A DNA stretch of 63,380 nt, the filler included. It is 3 parts of 3 records of this genome, joined end to end, with 100 filler letters (N's around TTAATTAATTAA, not from the genome) between each part and the next. Parts side by side here need not be neighbours in the genome. Positions count along the whole stretch, not along the records: positions 1 to 29,588 come from DRR723986_2306; 2 more parts are not named here. One strand, given 5' to 3'. Below, in pieces: positions 1-10,347 of the stretch; position 1 is the stretch's first letter, and every line of letters starts with the position of its first letter. The notes under the pieces were generated by a model. It worked only from the letters and a program-made list of their open reading frames with translations. It ran no database searches and was not told the origin of the DNA. The translations under genes and the position numbers were made by a program.

Positions 1-26
1 GCCACGCGATTGACTACGACAGCTAA
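1..26 (+). CDS. mreB: Rod shape-determining protein MreB, 3' end only
   Basis: Frame from base 3 reads H-A-I-D-Y-D-S-stop (TAA 24-26), matching the typical Rhodobacteraceae MreB C-terminus; lies directly upstream of mreC. Confidence 0.7.
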
Positions 27-55
27 GGCAACCACCTTTGGCCCAAGGGGGACGC

Positions 56-967
56 TTGGCAAAGGAACGGATCAGGGATGACGATTACATCGGGCCGCTG
101 CGGCGTTTGCTGACGGCGGTTATCATTCTGCTTTTGACCGTGCTTTTGCTGGTTTGGCGGATCGATAGCCCCAGGGTAGAGCGGCTGCGCGCCCAGATCA
201 CCGATACTGTGGTGCCCAGCTTTGACATTTTGCTGACACCCCTTACCGCCACAGTGAACCTGTTTCGCGATTTTCAAAGCTATCAGCGCGTGGTGCAACA
301 AAACCAAGAATTGCGGCGCGAACTACAGCAGATGAAAGCCTGGAAAGAGGCCGCATTGCAGCTGGAACAAGAAAACGCCCGCTTGCTGGATTTGAACAAA
401 GTGCGCCTTGACCCGCGGCTGACCCATGTAACCGGTGTTGTCATGGCCGATAGCGGATCGCCATTTCGGCAATCGGTGCTGTTGAACGTGGGCGCGCGCG
501 ATGGGCTGATGGATGGCTGGGCCACGATGGATGGTATCGGGCTGGTGGGGCGCATTTCAGGCGTTGGCCAAAATACCAGCCGCGTGGTTTTGTTAACCGA
601 TAGCGCCAGCCGCATACCGGCGATCATCCAGCCCTCGGGCCAGCGGGCGCTGGTGCAGGGCGACAACAGCCCAGCCCCCCCGATCAGTTTCGTTGAAAAT
701 CGCGATATCGTGCGCCCGGGCGACCGGGTGGTTTCAGCAGGCGATGGCGGCGTCTTTCCCGCCGGGCTGCTGATTGGCCAAGTGGCCCAAGACCCGGGCG
801 GGCGGTTGCGCGTGCGCCTGGCGGCCGATTACGAGCGGCTGGAATTCCTGCGGGTTTTGCGCAGCCACGGCACCGAGGTTATCACCGACCCCGGGGCGCT
901 GGTTGTGCCGCCAGGCAGCCCCGCCCTGCAACAAGGTGGCGCGGCCGCAGCCGAGGCCCAGCAATGA
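56..967 (+). CDS. mreC: Rod shape-determining protein MreC
   Basis: N-terminal TM helix, coiled coil (QQNQELRRELQQ..LEQENARL), beta domain (GLVGRI..VG...SRVVLLTD, GDRVVSAGDGGVFPAGL). TTG start at 56 follows an AAGGGGGA RBS (ORF track starts at 38). Confidence 0.93.
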   Translation: MAKERIRDDDYIGPLRRLLTAVIILLLTVLLLVWRIDSPRVERLRAQITDTVVPSFDILLTPLTATVNLFRDFQSYQRVVQQNQELRRELQQMKAWKEAALQLEQENARLLDLNKVRLDPRLTHVTGVVMADSGSPFRQSVLLNVGARDGLMDGWATMDGIGLVGRISGVGQNTSRVVLLTDSASRIPAIIQPSGQRALVQGDNSPAPPISFVENRDIVRPGDRVVSAGDGGVFPAGLLIGQVAQDPGGRLRVRLAADYERLEFLRVLRSHGTEVITDPGALVVPPGSPALQQGGAAAAEAQQ

Positions 968-1503
968 TCGTGCAATCAGGGCTGCGGCTATGGGGCATGC
1001 GCGCGGGCTACTTGGGCTTTGGGCTGGCGGTGATCTTGGTGCATCTAATGCCCGGTGCCCTGATGCCTGCCAGCCTGCCTGCCCCCGATTTTATCATGGC
1101 GCTAACCTTTGCCTGGGCCACGCGGCGGCCTGAATATGTGCCCTCGATCGCTATTGCCTTGGTGGTTTTGCTGGCCGATTTCCTGTTTCAGCGCCCCCCC
1201 GGCCTGTGGGCGGCCTTGGTGGTGGCGGGGGCGGCATTGTTAAAAACCCGTGGCCGGTTTTTGCGCGATTTGCCGTTTTGGGTGGAATGGCTGAATGTGG
1301 CCATCATCATACTGGCGCTGCATCTGGGCTACCGGCTGGCCTCTAGCCTTTTGATGATTGCGCAGGCCCCGCTGTCCTTGACGATTGTGCAGCTCAGCGG
1401 CACCATCGTGATATATCCGCTGGTGGTGGTGCTGTCTTATGCCGCCACTGGCCTGCGCAAATCAACACCCGGCGAATTAGATCCCACGGGGCACCGCCCA
1501 TGA
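964..1503 (+). CDS. mreD: Rod shape-determining protein MreD
   Basis: Hydrophobic 179 aa protein with PDF..AW..RRPE and DFLFQRPPGLWA motifs; ATGA overlaps with mreC and mrdA. Confidence 0.9.
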   Translation: MIVQSGLRLWGMRAGYLGFGLAVILVHLMPGALMPASLPAPDFIMALTFAWATRRPEYVPSIAIALVVLLADFLFQRPPGLWAALVVAGAALLKTRGRFLRDLPFWVEWLNVAIIILALHLGYRLASSLLMIAQAPLSLTIVQLSGTIVIYPLVVVLSYAATGLRKSTPGELDPTGHRP

Positions 1504-3449
1504 AACGCACTGCAAAAGACAGCCAAACCAGCAGCCGCAGCCTGACGCGCCGCGCCCTGATGTTGGGTGGCGCGCAGGCCGCTGTTGTGGCGGTTTTGGG
1601 CATGCGCATGCGGTATTTGCAGCTGGAACAAGCAGATCAGTTCAAATTGCTGGCCGAAGAGAACCGCATCAACATTCGCCTGATCCCCCCGGCGCGTGGC
1701 CAAATTTACGACCGCAATGGGGTGGTTATCGCCGAAAACGTGCCAAGCTATCGCATCAACATGGTGCGCGAAGACGCAGGCGGCGATGTGGATCTGGTGT
1801 TGCGCCGCCTCAGCGCCCTGGTGCCCATCGCGCCCGAACAGCTAGAGCGTGCCAACACCGATCTGAAACGTTTGCGCGGCGATACGCCAGTTACAGTGGC
1901 CGATCGCGTCAGCTGGGAAGATATTTCCAAAGTGGCCGTAAACGCCCCCGCCCTGCCCGGCGTGACCCCCGAAGTTGGGCTAAGCCGCCATTACCCGCGC
2001 GGCGCCGATTTTGCCCATGTGGTGGGCCGGGTTGGCCCGGTCAGCGATTACGATTTGGAACGTATCGAAGACCCAGACCCATTGTTGCGCATTCCACGCT
2101 TTCAGATTGGCAAGGTCGGTGTCGAGGCCGAGGTAGAAGAGCTGCTGCGCGGCAAGGCAGGCACCAAACGCGTCGAGGTGAATGCCTCGGGCCGGGTGAT
2201 GCGCGAACTTGACCGCCGCGAAGGCAAGGCCGGCGCCAATGTGCAGCTGACCGTTGATCACCGCCTGCAAGATTACGTGCAGGCGCGCCTGGGCGAACAA
2301 TCGGCTGCGGCCATTGTGCTTGATTGCGACAGCGGCGATATTTTGGCCATTGCCTCGGCCCCGTCTTACGACCCGAACTTGTTTGTAAATGGCATCTCGG
2401 TGGCCGATTACCGGGCGCTCACCGACAACCCTTATCGCCCCTTGGTGCCAAAAAGCGTGCAAGGCCTTTACCCCCCCGGATCAACCTTCAAGATGGTCAC
2501 CGCACTGGCGGCCCTAGAGGCGGGCATCATCACCCCCGAAGACACGGTTTATTGCCCAGGTCATCTAGAGGTGTCGGGGCGCAAGTTTCATTGCTGGAAA
2601 CGTGCAGGCCATGGCAGCGTGGATCTGATGAACTCGCTGGCGGAAAGCTGCGATGTTTATTACTACGATCTGGCGCTAAAAATCGGCATTGATGCCATTT
2701 CCGCCATGGCCCAAAAGCTGGGGCTGGGCGTGCGCCACGATATCCCGATGTCGTCGGTCAAGGCAGGTGTTACCCCAACGCGCGACTATAAGCGCGCGCG
2801 CTTTGCCCAAGAATGGGTGGTGGGCGATACGGTGAACGCCTCGATCGGCCAGGGGTTTGTTTTGGCCTCGCCCCTGCAGCTGGCGGTGATGACGGCACGT
2901 TTGGCCACGGGCCGCAGCGTCAGCCCAAGGCTGATAAAATCGATCGAAGGGGTCGAACAACCCACAGGCCGGGGGGAACAGCTGGGGCTGGATCCCACCA
3001 ACCTGGCCAAGCTGCGCCGCGCGATGTTTGCCGTCACCAATAACCGCAATGGCACCGCCTATGGCAGCCGCATCATCGAAGACACGTTTCGCATGGCCGG
3101 CAAAACCGGCACATCCCAGGTGCGTAACATCACCGAGGCCGAGCGGCGGCGCGGCGTGACCCGCAACGAAGACCTGCCATGGGAGCGGCGCGATCATGCG
3201 CTGTTTGTCAATTTCGCCCCCGCCGACGCCCCGCGCATCGCGGTTTCAGTGGTGATCGAACATGGCGGTGGCGGCTCGTCTGCGGCGGCGCCCGTGGCAC
3301 GCGATATCACCTTGCAGGCGCTTTACGGCGACACCCCGCCACTGGCCGCCTATCCCGAAAAAGACCGCAGCCGCATCAAGGCGCAACAAGACCGCATGCA
3401 ACGCGAACGCCAAGCCCGCGAAGATACCCGCGACCGGGGCCGCGCATGA
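1500..3449 (+). CDS. mrdA: Penicillin-binding protein 2
   Basis: RGQIYDRNG dimerisation motif; catalytic STFK, SCD and KTGT motifs; mre operon context. Confidence 0.96.
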   Translation: MKRTAKDSQTSSRSLTRRALMLGGAQAAVVAVLGMRMRYLQLEQADQFKLLAEENRINIRLIPPARGQIYDRNGVVIAENVPSYRINMVREDAGGDVDLVLRRLSALVPIAPEQLERANTDLKRLRGDTPVTVADRVSWEDISKVAVNAPALPGVTPEVGLSRHYPRGADFAHVVGRVGPVSDYDLERIEDPDPLLRIPRFQIGKVGVEAEVEELLRGKAGTKRVEVNASGRVMRELDRREGKAGANVQLTVDHRLQDYVQARLGEQSAAAIVLDCDSGDILAIASAPSYDPNLFVNGISVADYRALTDNPYRPLVPKSVQGLYPPGSTFKMVTALAALEAGIITPEDTVYCPGHLEVSGRKFHCWKRAGHGSVDLMNSLAESCDVYYYDLALKIGIDAISAMAQKLGLGVRHDIPMSSVKAGVTPTRDYKRARFAQEWVVGDTVNASIGQGFVLASPLQLAVMTARLATGRSVSPRLIKSIEGVEQPTGRGEQLGLDPTNLAKLRRAMFAVTNNRNGTAYGSRIIEDTFRMAGKTGTSQVRNITEAERRRGVTRNEDLPWERRDHALFVNFAPADAPRIAVSVVIEHGGGGSSAAAPVARDITLQALYGDTPPLAAYPEKDRSRIKAQQDRMQRERQAREDTRDRGRA

Positions 3450-4585
3450 GCTATCTTGAATATACCGTCAAATATGTGCCCACCGGCCCACGCAAGATTT
3501 TATATCTGAACTGGCCCATTGCCCTGCTGCTGCTTAGCGTGGGCTGCGTGGGGTTTTTGATGCTCTATTCCGTCGCCGGCGGCAGCTTGCAACCCTGGGC
3601 CGAGCCGCAGATGAAACGCTTTGCCGCGGGTTTCGTGCTGATGCTGGTCATCGCGATGGTGCCGATATGGTTTTGGCGCAACGTGGCGGCGCTGGCCTAT
3701 GCCATATCGGTGGCGCTGCTTTTCGCGGTGGAGCTGTTTGGCGAGGTGGGCATGGGCGCCCAACGCTGGATCGATCTGGGCTTTATGCGCCTGCAACCAT
3801 CGGAATTGGCAAAAATCACCTTGGTGATGTTGCTGGCCGCCTATTACGATTGGCTGCCCATCAAGAAAGTATCGCACCCATTATGGGTGGCGTTGCCCGT
3901 CTTTTTCATCTTGCTGCCCACGGCCTTGGTGGTGGTCCAGCCAGATCTGGGCACATCGCTGCTGTTGGTCTTTGCCGGTGCCGCGGTGATGTTTGTGGCG
4001 GGCGTGCATTGGGCCTATTTCGCCGCCGTCATCGCGGCAGGCATTGGCGTGGTGGTGGCGGTTTTTAAATCGCGCGGCACCAGTTGGCAGCTGCTGAAAG
4101 ACTATCAATATCGCCGTATCGACACATTTCTTGACCCCGCCCAAGACCCGCTGAACGCAGGCTATCACATCACCCAGTCGAAAATTGCCCTCGGCTCGGG
4201 CGGGTGGAGCGGCAAGGGCTTTATGCAAGGCACGCAATCGCGGCTAAACTTTCTGCCCGAAAAACATACCGATTTTATCTTTACAACCTTGGCCGAAGAA
4301 TTTGGCTTCGTAGGCGCCGCCAGCCTGCTGACGCTTTATGCGCTGATCATCCTCTTTTGCATCAACACCGCCATCACCAACAAAGACCGTTTTTCCGCCC
4401 TGCTGACCATCGGCATTGCCGTGACGTTTTTCCTGTTTTTCGCGGTAAATATGCTGATGGTAATGGGGCTGGCCCCGGTTGTGGGTGTTCCTTTGCCGCT
4501 GGTCAGTTATGGTGGCTCAGCAATGTTGGTGCTTTTGGCCGCTTTCGGCATGATGCAAAGCGCCCATATCCACAAACCGAGGTAA
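3446..4585 (+). CDS. rodA: SEDS peptidoglycan glycosyltransferase RodA
   Basis: GAQRWI, LQPSELAK, QPDLGT, LPEKHTDFIF, GVPLPLVSYGGS motifs; ATG at 3446 overlaps the mrdA stop. Confidence 0.96.
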   Translation: MSYLEYTVKYVPTGPRKILYLNWPIALLLLSVGCVGFLMLYSVAGGSLQPWAEPQMKRFAAGFVLMLVIAMVPIWFWRNVAALAYAISVALLFAVELFGEVGMGAQRWIDLGFMRLQPSELAKITLVMLLAAYYDWLPIKKVSHPLWVALPVFFILLPTALVVVQPDLGTSLLLVFAGAAVMFVAGVHWAYFAAVIAAGIGVVVAVFKSRGTSWQLLKDYQYRRIDTFLDPAQDPLNAGYHITQSKIALGSGGWSGKGFMQGTQSRLNFLPEKHTDFIFTTLAEEFGFVGAASLLTLYALIILFCINTAITNKDRFSALLTIGIAVTFFLFFAVNMLMVMGLAPVVGVPLPLVSYGGSAMLVLLAAFGMMQSAHIHKPR

Positions 4586-4587
4586 AC

Positions 4588-5520
4588 ATGCCGGTAAATG
4601 TGCTCTTCGCTGCGCGCGAGGAAAAATGGGAAGATTACGAAACGCCCCTGCGCCATGCCTTGGCCAAGGCCGGGCTAGAGGCCGATCTGCGCACCGAATT
4701 CCCCCCCGCCGAGGTGGATTACATCATTTATGCGCCCAATTCCTGGCTACAAGATTTCACCCCCTACACCCGCGCCAAGGCGGTGCTGAACCTATGGGCC
4801 GGGGTGGAAAACGTGGTGGGCAATGACAGCTTGCGCATTCCCTTGGCCCGTATGGTGGACGAGGGGCTAAGCCAAGGCATGATAGAATGGGTGACAGGCC
4901 ATGTGCTGCGCCTGCATTTGGGCATGGACAGCCACATTCACGGCCAAGACGGCCAATGGCGCCCCACCGCCCCACCGCTGGCCAAAAACCGCCCCGTCAC
5001 CATTTTGGGCCTGGGCACGCTGGGCACCGCCTGCGGGCAGGCGCTGGCGGCTTTGGGTTTTCCCGTTACCGGCTGGAGCCGCAGTGAAAAATCTGTTGAT
5101 GGCATGGCCTGTCTTTGTGGCCCTGACGGGCTGCAGCAGGCATTAAGCGGCGCCGCGATTGTGGTTTTGCTGCTGCCCCATACGCCGCATACGGAAAACG
5201 TGCTGAACGCCGAAACCCTGGCCATGCTGCCCAAGGGCGCGATGGTGCTAAACCCCGGGCGCGGCGCGCTGGTGGATGACGAGGCGCTGCTGCACGCGCT
5301 TGATCGTGGCCATATCGCGCAGGCCACGCTGGATACATTCCGAACCGAGCCGCTGCCCCCCGAACACCCCTATTGGGCGCATCCAAAGGTGACTGTTACA
5401 CCGCATATCGCCAGCGCCACGCGCTGCGATACCGCCGCCGAAGTGATTGCCGAAAACATTCGCCGCGGCGAGGCAGGGCTGCCGTTTTTGCACCTGGTCG
5501 ATCGCAGCGCTGGCTATTGA
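4588..5520 (+). CDS. ghrA: Glyoxylate/hydroxypyruvate reductase A (D-2-hydroxyacid dehydrogenase)
   Basis: WAGVE, GLGTLG Rossmann motif, LLPHTPHT, NPGRG, EPLP, TPHIAS; ATG 2 nt after the rodA stop. Confidence 0.85.
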   Translation: MPVNVLFAAREEKWEDYETPLRHALAKAGLEADLRTEFPPAEVDYIIYAPNSWLQDFTPYTRAKAVLNLWAGVENVVGNDSLRIPLARMVDEGLSQGMIEWVTGHVLRLHLGMDSHIHGQDGQWRPTAPPLAKNRPVTILGLGTLGTACGQALAALGFPVTGWSRSEKSVDGMACLCGPDGLQQALSGAAIVVLLLPHTPHTENVLNAETLAMLPKGAMVLNPGRGALVDDEALLHALDRGHIAQATLDTFRTEPLPPEHPYWAHPKVTVTPHIASATRCDTAAEVIAENIRRGEAGLPFLHLVDRSAGY

Positions 5521-6312
5521 TCAGCGCAAAATCGGCGGTTTGTCGGGGTCGCTGCCCGGTGCTGTGACCAGCTGCACCTTGGGCTCGGGCGGGGCAGGAA
5601 TGTCCAGCGCCAGCCCCTGGGCCTTGAATTGTGGCAAAAACGGGTGGGTGTCATCGATAAACACCACATCCAGCGCGCCTGCCTCTATGCCCGAAAATGT
5701 CAGCGCTTCGGCCATGGCCTTGGCCAAGGGCGCCTGGGCGCGCGGTGCCGCATTCAGAATGGCCAGCACATGGCCACGCCCGCCGCCGTGATATTCGGCC
5801 CCAACCAAAAACGCCGCCTGCGCCAGCCCCGCCATGCGCGACAAACGCTGCGCCAGCGCATCCAGCAGCACCGGCGGCAGGCCCTGGGGGCGGTGCAAGG
5901 CCTGCAGGCGCGCCTCGGCCTCTTGCGGGGTGTGGCCCAGCGTTTCAACCAGCCAAGCCACCCCATCGGGGGGCACCAAAAAGGCCGATGGCGCCTCGAG
6001 GTTCACACCCATTCCCAGGCCTTGGCCCGCCAGCATGCCCGCCAAGACCCGCCCGGAAATGGCCGCATAGGGCGCCGGCGCGCCGGTAAACTGTGCCAGC
6101 CGGTCTTCGCTGTCAAAGGCCAGCACCACGCGCATATCGCCCAGATCAAAGCTTTCCGGCTCGATCTTGTCGCCCTGCGCCTCGGCGCGCAGCAACAGGC
6201 ACAATTCGGTATCGGCCAAAATCTGGTAATAGCGCAGCCGGGCGCCATCGTCGTTTGGCGCGGCCTCCATCGCGGCATGGGCCTTGTCTAATGCGCTGTG
6301 GGTTTCAGTCAT
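5521..6312 (-). CDS. SseB family protein
   Basis: LDKAHAAM..RLRYY..LADTEL..VLAFDSEDRLAQF N-terminus and ALTFSGIEAGALDV..PGSDPDKPPILR C-terminus typical of Rhodobacteraceae SseB-family proteins. Confidence 0.75.
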   Translation of the reverse strand: MTETHSALDKAHAAMEAAPNDDGARLRYYQILADTELCLLLRAEAQGDKIEPESFDLGDMRVVLAFDSEDRLAQFTGAPAPYAAISGRVLAGMLAGQGLGMGVNLEAPSAFLVPPDGVAWLVETLGHTPQEAEARLQALHRPQGLPPVLLDALAQRLSRMAGLAQAAFLVGAEYHGGGRGHVLAILNAAPRAQAPLAKAMAEALTFSGIEAGALDVVFIDDTHPFLPQFKAQGLALDIPAPPEPKVQLVTAPGSDPDKPPILR

Positions 6313-6895
6313 CTAACACCTCTTTCAACCGCGCCCGCAACGCAGGCAGCAATTCCGCCTCGAACCAGGGGGTGCGTTTCAGCCATGCGGTATTGCGCCA
6401 AGACGGGTGCGGCAAGGGGAAAATGCCCGGGGCATAGCGCTGCCAATCGGCAACGCGCTCGGCCGCCGGCACCCGCCCGCCCAAATGCCAGCGCTGCGCA
6501 TAGGCACCGATGCAAAGCACCAGCTTGATATTGGGCAAGGCCGCCATCACCTGCGCCCGCCACGTGGCCGCGCACAAGGGCGGCGGCGGCAAATCTGCCC
6601 CTTTTGGCCCATAGCCCGGAAAACAAAAGGCCATAGGCACGATGGCCACGCGCGCCTTGTCGTAAAACTGTGCGTCATCCATCCCCATCCACGCCCGCAA
6701 ACGCTGCCCCGAGGCATCAGCAAAGGGCCGGCCCGCCTGATGCACCCGCAGCCCTGGCGCCTGCCCCGCCACCAGAACCCGCGCCTGTGGCGAAAACCAC
6801 GGCACCGGGCGCGGCGCATGGGCCGTGGCCGTGGCGGCAAAACGGGGCTGGCACAAACGGCAGGCGCTGATTTGCTGGGGCAGATCTTGCATCAT
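6305..6895 (-). CDS. Uracil-DNA glycosylase superfamily protein
   Basis: CRLC, GQAPG, FCFPG, DLPPP..C and LPHPSWRN motifs; start uncertain (6892/6895/6916). Confidence 0.85.
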   Translation of the reverse strand: MMQDLPQQISACRLCQPRFAATATAHAPRPVPWFSPQARVLVAGQAPGLRVHQAGRPFADASGQRLRAWMGMDDAQFYDKARVAIVPMAFCFPGYGPKGADLPPPPLCAATWRAQVMAALPNIKLVLCIGAYAQRWHLGGRVPAAERVADWQRYAPGIFPLPHPSWRNTAWLKRTPWFEAELLPALRARLKEVLDD

Positions 6896-6932
6896 CTCTT
6901 GGCGGGGCGCGGGCACTGGTTTATGGGGGCAT

Positions 6933-7724
6933 ATGCTGTCTTATCAACATATCTACCATGCCGGAAACCCGGCTGATGTGCAAAAGCACGCGCTGATGGC
7001 GGCGCTGTTGTCTTACATGTGCGCCAAAGACAAGCCATTGTGCTATATCGAAACCCACAGTGGCAGGGGCCTTTACGATTTGGGCAGCGCGGCTGCGCTA
7101 AAAACCGGCGAGGCACAGGCCGGCATTGCCCAGATCGAGGCGCAAAACCTGTTGGCCAATACGCCCTATACCCAGGCGCTGGCCAAAATACGCGCCCGGT
7201 TTGGCGATACTGCCTACCCCGGCTCTCCCCTGTTGGCCACGCAGTTTTTGCGCCCTGATGACCGTATCGACCTGGCCGAGCTGCACCCCCAAGAATATGC
7301 AGCCTTGGTGCAGGCCATGCAGGGCACCAAGGCCCATATGCACCAGCGCGACGGGTTTGAAATGGCACAGGCCGTTTGCCCCCCAACCCCCCGCCGGGGC
7401 GTGCTGTTGATTGACCCCAGTTTTGAAATCAAAACGGATTACAGCCGTATTCCGGGCGAAATTGCCAAGCTGCACCGCAAGTGGAACGTGGGCGTGATCG
7501 CCCTGTGGTATCCGCTGCTGCTGGGCGGTGCGCATCACCCCATGCTAGATGCGCTGGTGGCGGCCAACTACCCCGGCGCCCTGCGCCACGAGGTGGCATT
7601 TGCCCCGGTGCGCCCCGGGCACCGGATGATCGGCTCGGGTATGTTTGTGATCAATGCCCCCTGGGGCCTTAGCGACAGCGCCGCAGAAATTTCGCGTGCC
7701 TTCGAGATGATGCAAAAACGTTAA
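6933..7724 (+). CDS. rlmJ: 23S rRNA (adenine(2030)-N6)-methyltransferase RlmJ
   Basis: MLSYQHIYHAGNPADVQKH, ETHSGRG, YPGSP, ELHPQE, LIDPSFE, ALWYP, GSGMFVINAPW. Confidence 0.95.
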   Translation: MLSYQHIYHAGNPADVQKHALMAALLSYMCAKDKPLCYIETHSGRGLYDLGSAAALKTGEAQAGIAQIEAQNLLANTPYTQALAKIRARFGDTAYPGSPLLATQFLRPDDRIDLAELHPQEYAALVQAMQGTKAHMHQRDGFEMAQAVCPPTPRRGVLLIDPSFEIKTDYSRIPGEIAKLHRKWNVGVIALWYPLLLGGAHHPMLDALVAANYPGALRHEVAFAPVRPGHRMIGSGMFVINAPWGLSDSAAEISRAFEMMQKR

Positions 7725-7739
7725 TCTTTTCTTTGCCCA

Positions 7740-7756
7740 TTAACCTTTCCTTCACC
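7740..7756 (+). promoter_or_regulatory. CtrA-like binding site upstream of comM
   Basis: TTAA-CCTTTCC-TTCACC (TTAA-N7-TTCA, one mismatch to TTAA-N7-TTAA); a weaker TTAA-N7-TTTG lies at 7721-7735. Confidence 0.55.
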
Positions 7757-7818
7757 TGATCCGCGCTAGCCAAACTGGGCACAGGGCGGGGCGGGCCTGC
7801 CCGGGCAGTGGGGGTGCT

Positions 7819-9333
7819 ATGGTAACGCGGGCCTATACGGTTGCCTTCGAGGGGGTCTCGGCCCGCACGGTCGAGGTGCAATGCGCCATCACCCCGGGCC
7901 TGCCCGCCTTTGGCATTGTGGGCCTGCCAGACAAGGCCGTCAGCGAGGCGCGCGACAGGGTGCGCGCGGCGCTATCGGCCCTGGCCATTGCGCTACCATC
8001 GAAACGCGTCACCATTAACCTGTCGCCTGCCGATCTGCCCAAAGAGGGCAGCCATTTCGACCTGCCCATCGCCCTGGCGCTACTGGCTGCGCTGCAAATT
8101 GTCGCCCCCGATGCCGCCGAACGTGTGACCGCGCTGGGCGAGTTGTCGCTCGATGGGTCGCTGGTGGCGGTGGTGGGCGCGCTGCCGGCGGCCGTGAATG
8201 CCGCAAGCGAGGGGCGCGGCCTGCTGTGCCCGCAGGCCTCGGGGGCCGAGGCAGCCTGGGTGGGCGATTGCCAGGTCATCGCAGCCGCCAGCCTGGGCGA
8301 TGTTGTGCGCCATTTCAACGGCCAAGCCCCCCTGCCCACCGCCAAACCCGGCGAGGTGCTGGCCCATGACACCAGCCGCTGCCTGCGCGATATCAAGGGC
8401 CAGGAAAGGGCAAAACGGGCGCTGGAAATTGCCGCGGCAGGGCGCCACCACGTGCTGATGGTGGGGCCGCCCGGCTCTGGTAAATCTATGCTTGCCGCGC
8501 GCATGCCCAGTATCTTGCCGCCCCTCACCCCGGCCGAGGCGCTGGAGACATCGATGATACACTCGTTATCGGGGTTGCTGGATGCCGGCGGTATCAACCG
8601 CGCGCGGCCCTTTCGCGCGCCCCATCACACCGCCTCGATGGCGGCGATCGTGGGGGGCGGGCGCGCGGCGAAACCTGGTGAAATTTCGCTGGCCCATAAC
8701 GGCGTGCTGTTTTTGGATGAATTCCCCGAATTCGCCCGGCCCGTGCTGGAAACGCTGCGCCAGCCCATTGAAACCGGCCAGGTCAGCGTGGCGCGCGCCA
8801 ATGCGCATGTGAACTACCCCTGCCGGTTCTTGCTGCTGGCCGCAGCCAACCCGTGCAAATGTGGCCATCTTGGCGATGCCGGGCGCGCCTGCAGCCGGGC
8901 ACCCATTTGTGGCGAAGATTACATGGGGCGGATCAGCGGCCCGATGATCGACCGCTTTGATCTGCGCATCGATGTGCCCCCTGTGGCCTATACAGATCTT
9001 GATCTGCCCCCCTCGGGCGACAGTTCGGCCACCGTTGCCGCACGGGTGGCCGCGGCCCGGGCCGTGCAGGCACAGCGGTTTGCAGGCCATAGCGATGTGG
9101 CGATGAATGCCGATGCCGAGGGCGCGCTGCTGGAAAGCATCGCCACCCCCGATGCCGAGGGGCGGGCCTTGTTGGCAAGGGTGGCGCAGCGCTTTGCGCT
9201 TTCGGCACGGGGGTTTCACCGCGTGTTGCGCGTGGCGCGCACCATCGCCGATCTGGATGGCAGCGCCGATGTGCGCCAGCCCCATGTGGCCGAGGCCGTC
9301 AGCTACAGGCTGCAGACGCCAGCCAGCGGCTAG
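7819..9333 (+). CDS. comM: YifB/ComM family Mg-chelatase-like AAA+ ATPase
   Basis: VGLPDKAVSEARDRV, NLSPADLPKEGSHFDLPIA, GPPGSGKSM, PFRAPHH, GEISLAHNGVLFLDEFPEF, NPCKCG, LSARGFHRVLRVARTIADL. Confidence 0.93.
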   Translation: MVTRAYTVAFEGVSARTVEVQCAITPGLPAFGIVGLPDKAVSEARDRVRAALSALAIALPSKRVTINLSPADLPKEGSHFDLPIALALLAALQIVAPDAAERVTALGELSLDGSLVAVVGALPAAVNAASEGRGLLCPQASGAEAAWVGDCQVIAAASLGDVVRHFNGQAPLPTAKPGEVLAHDTSRCLRDIKGQERAKRALEIAAAGRHHVLMVGPPGSGKSMLAARMPSILPPLTPAEALETSMIHSLSGLLDAGGINRARPFRAPHHTASMAAIVGGGRAAKPGEISLAHNGVLFLDEFPEFARPVLETLRQPIETGQVSVARANAHVNYPCRFLLLAAANPCKCGHLGDAGRACSRAPICGEDYMGRISGPMIDRFDLRIDVPPVAYTDLDLPPSGDSSATVAARVAAARAVQAQRFAGHSDVAMNADAEGALLESIATPDAEGRALLARVAQRFALSARGFHRVLRVARTIADLDGSADVRQPHVAEAVSYRLQTPASG

Positions 9334-9342
9334 GCGGGCCTG

Positions 9343-10278
9343 TTAGGCGCGCTTTGCCTCGATCGCCTGCCAGATGATTTCAGCGGTATTGGTGCCGTCA
9401 AAACGTTCTAGCTCTTGAATGCCTGTGGGCGAGGTGACGTTGATTTCGGTCAGGTAATCGCCGATCACGTCAATGCCCACAAAGATCTGCCCCTTTTCGC
9501 GCAACAGCGGGCCGATGCGGGCGCAAATTTCCAAATCACGCGGTGTCAGCGCCACCTTTTCGGGCCGCCCGCCCACATGCATGTTCGATCGGGTCTCGCC
9601 GGCCTGTGGCACACGGTTGATCGCCCCCACCGGCGCGCCATCCACCAAGATCACCCGTTTGTCACCCTTTGACACCGCAGGCAAAAATTTCTGCACGATC
9701 AACGGCTCGCGCGAGAAGCCTGTGAACATTTCATGCAAAGACGACAGATTGCGATCCTCTGGTGTCAGGCGAAACACGCCAGCACCGCCATTGCCATAAA
9801 GCGGCTTTAAAATCACATCGCCATGTTTTTCTTTAAACGCGCGAATGGTTTGCAGATCGCGGGCAATCGTGGTGGGCGGGGTCAGGTCGGGGAAATCCAA
9901 CACCAACAGTTTTTCAGGGTAATTGCGCACCCAAAACGGGTTGTTCACCACCAATGTGGTGGGCGCCAAACGATCCAACAGGTGGGTGGTGGTGATGTAG
10001 AACATATCAAAGGGGGGGTCTTGGCGCAGCCAAACCACATCGAAACCGGCCAGATCCACCTCTTGCTCGTCCCCCAAGGTGTAATGCGCCCCCGCCACAC
10101 GCTGAACGCGCAGCGGCCATCCGCGGGCGGTGATGCGCCCCTCTTGGTAGGCCAGCCTGTCGGGGGTGTAATAAAACAACTCGTGGCCACGCGCCTGCGC
10201 CTCTAAGGCAATGCGAAACGTGCTGTCAGCCTCGATATTGATCGGGCCGATCGGGTCCATCTGAAAGGCAATTTTCAT
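9343..10278 (-). CDS. gshB: Glutathione synthetase
   Basis: [56 protein letters not shown]. Confidence 0.97.
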   Translation of the reverse strand: MKIAFQMDPIGPINIEADSTFRIALEAQARGHELFYYTPDRLAYQEGRITARGWPLRVQRVAGAHYTLGDEQEVDLAGFDVVWLRQDPPFDMFYITTTHLLDRLAPTTLVVNNPFWVRNYPEKLLVLDFPDLTPPTTIARDLQTIRAFKEKHGDVILKPLYGNGGAGVFRLTPEDRNLSSLHEMFTGFSREPLIVQKFLPAVSKGDKRVILVDGAPVGAINRVPQAGETRSNMHVGGRPEKVALTPRDLEICARIGPLLREKGQIFVGIDVIGDYLTEINVTSPTGIQELERFDGTNTAEIIWQAIEAKRA

Positions 10279-10347
10279 GGGTCTGCTCCGTTTGCTTCGC
10301 CATCTTCATGGCGTAAGCCGCGCCCATAGGCAAATCAGAATTCCCCG

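Noticed and set aside
3179..5520. Apparent long N-terminal extensions or fusions on RodA (from 3179) and GhrA (from 4204)
   Set aside because: The ORF caller chose upstream starts inside the preceding gene; the real starts at 3446 and 4588 are coupled to upstream stops
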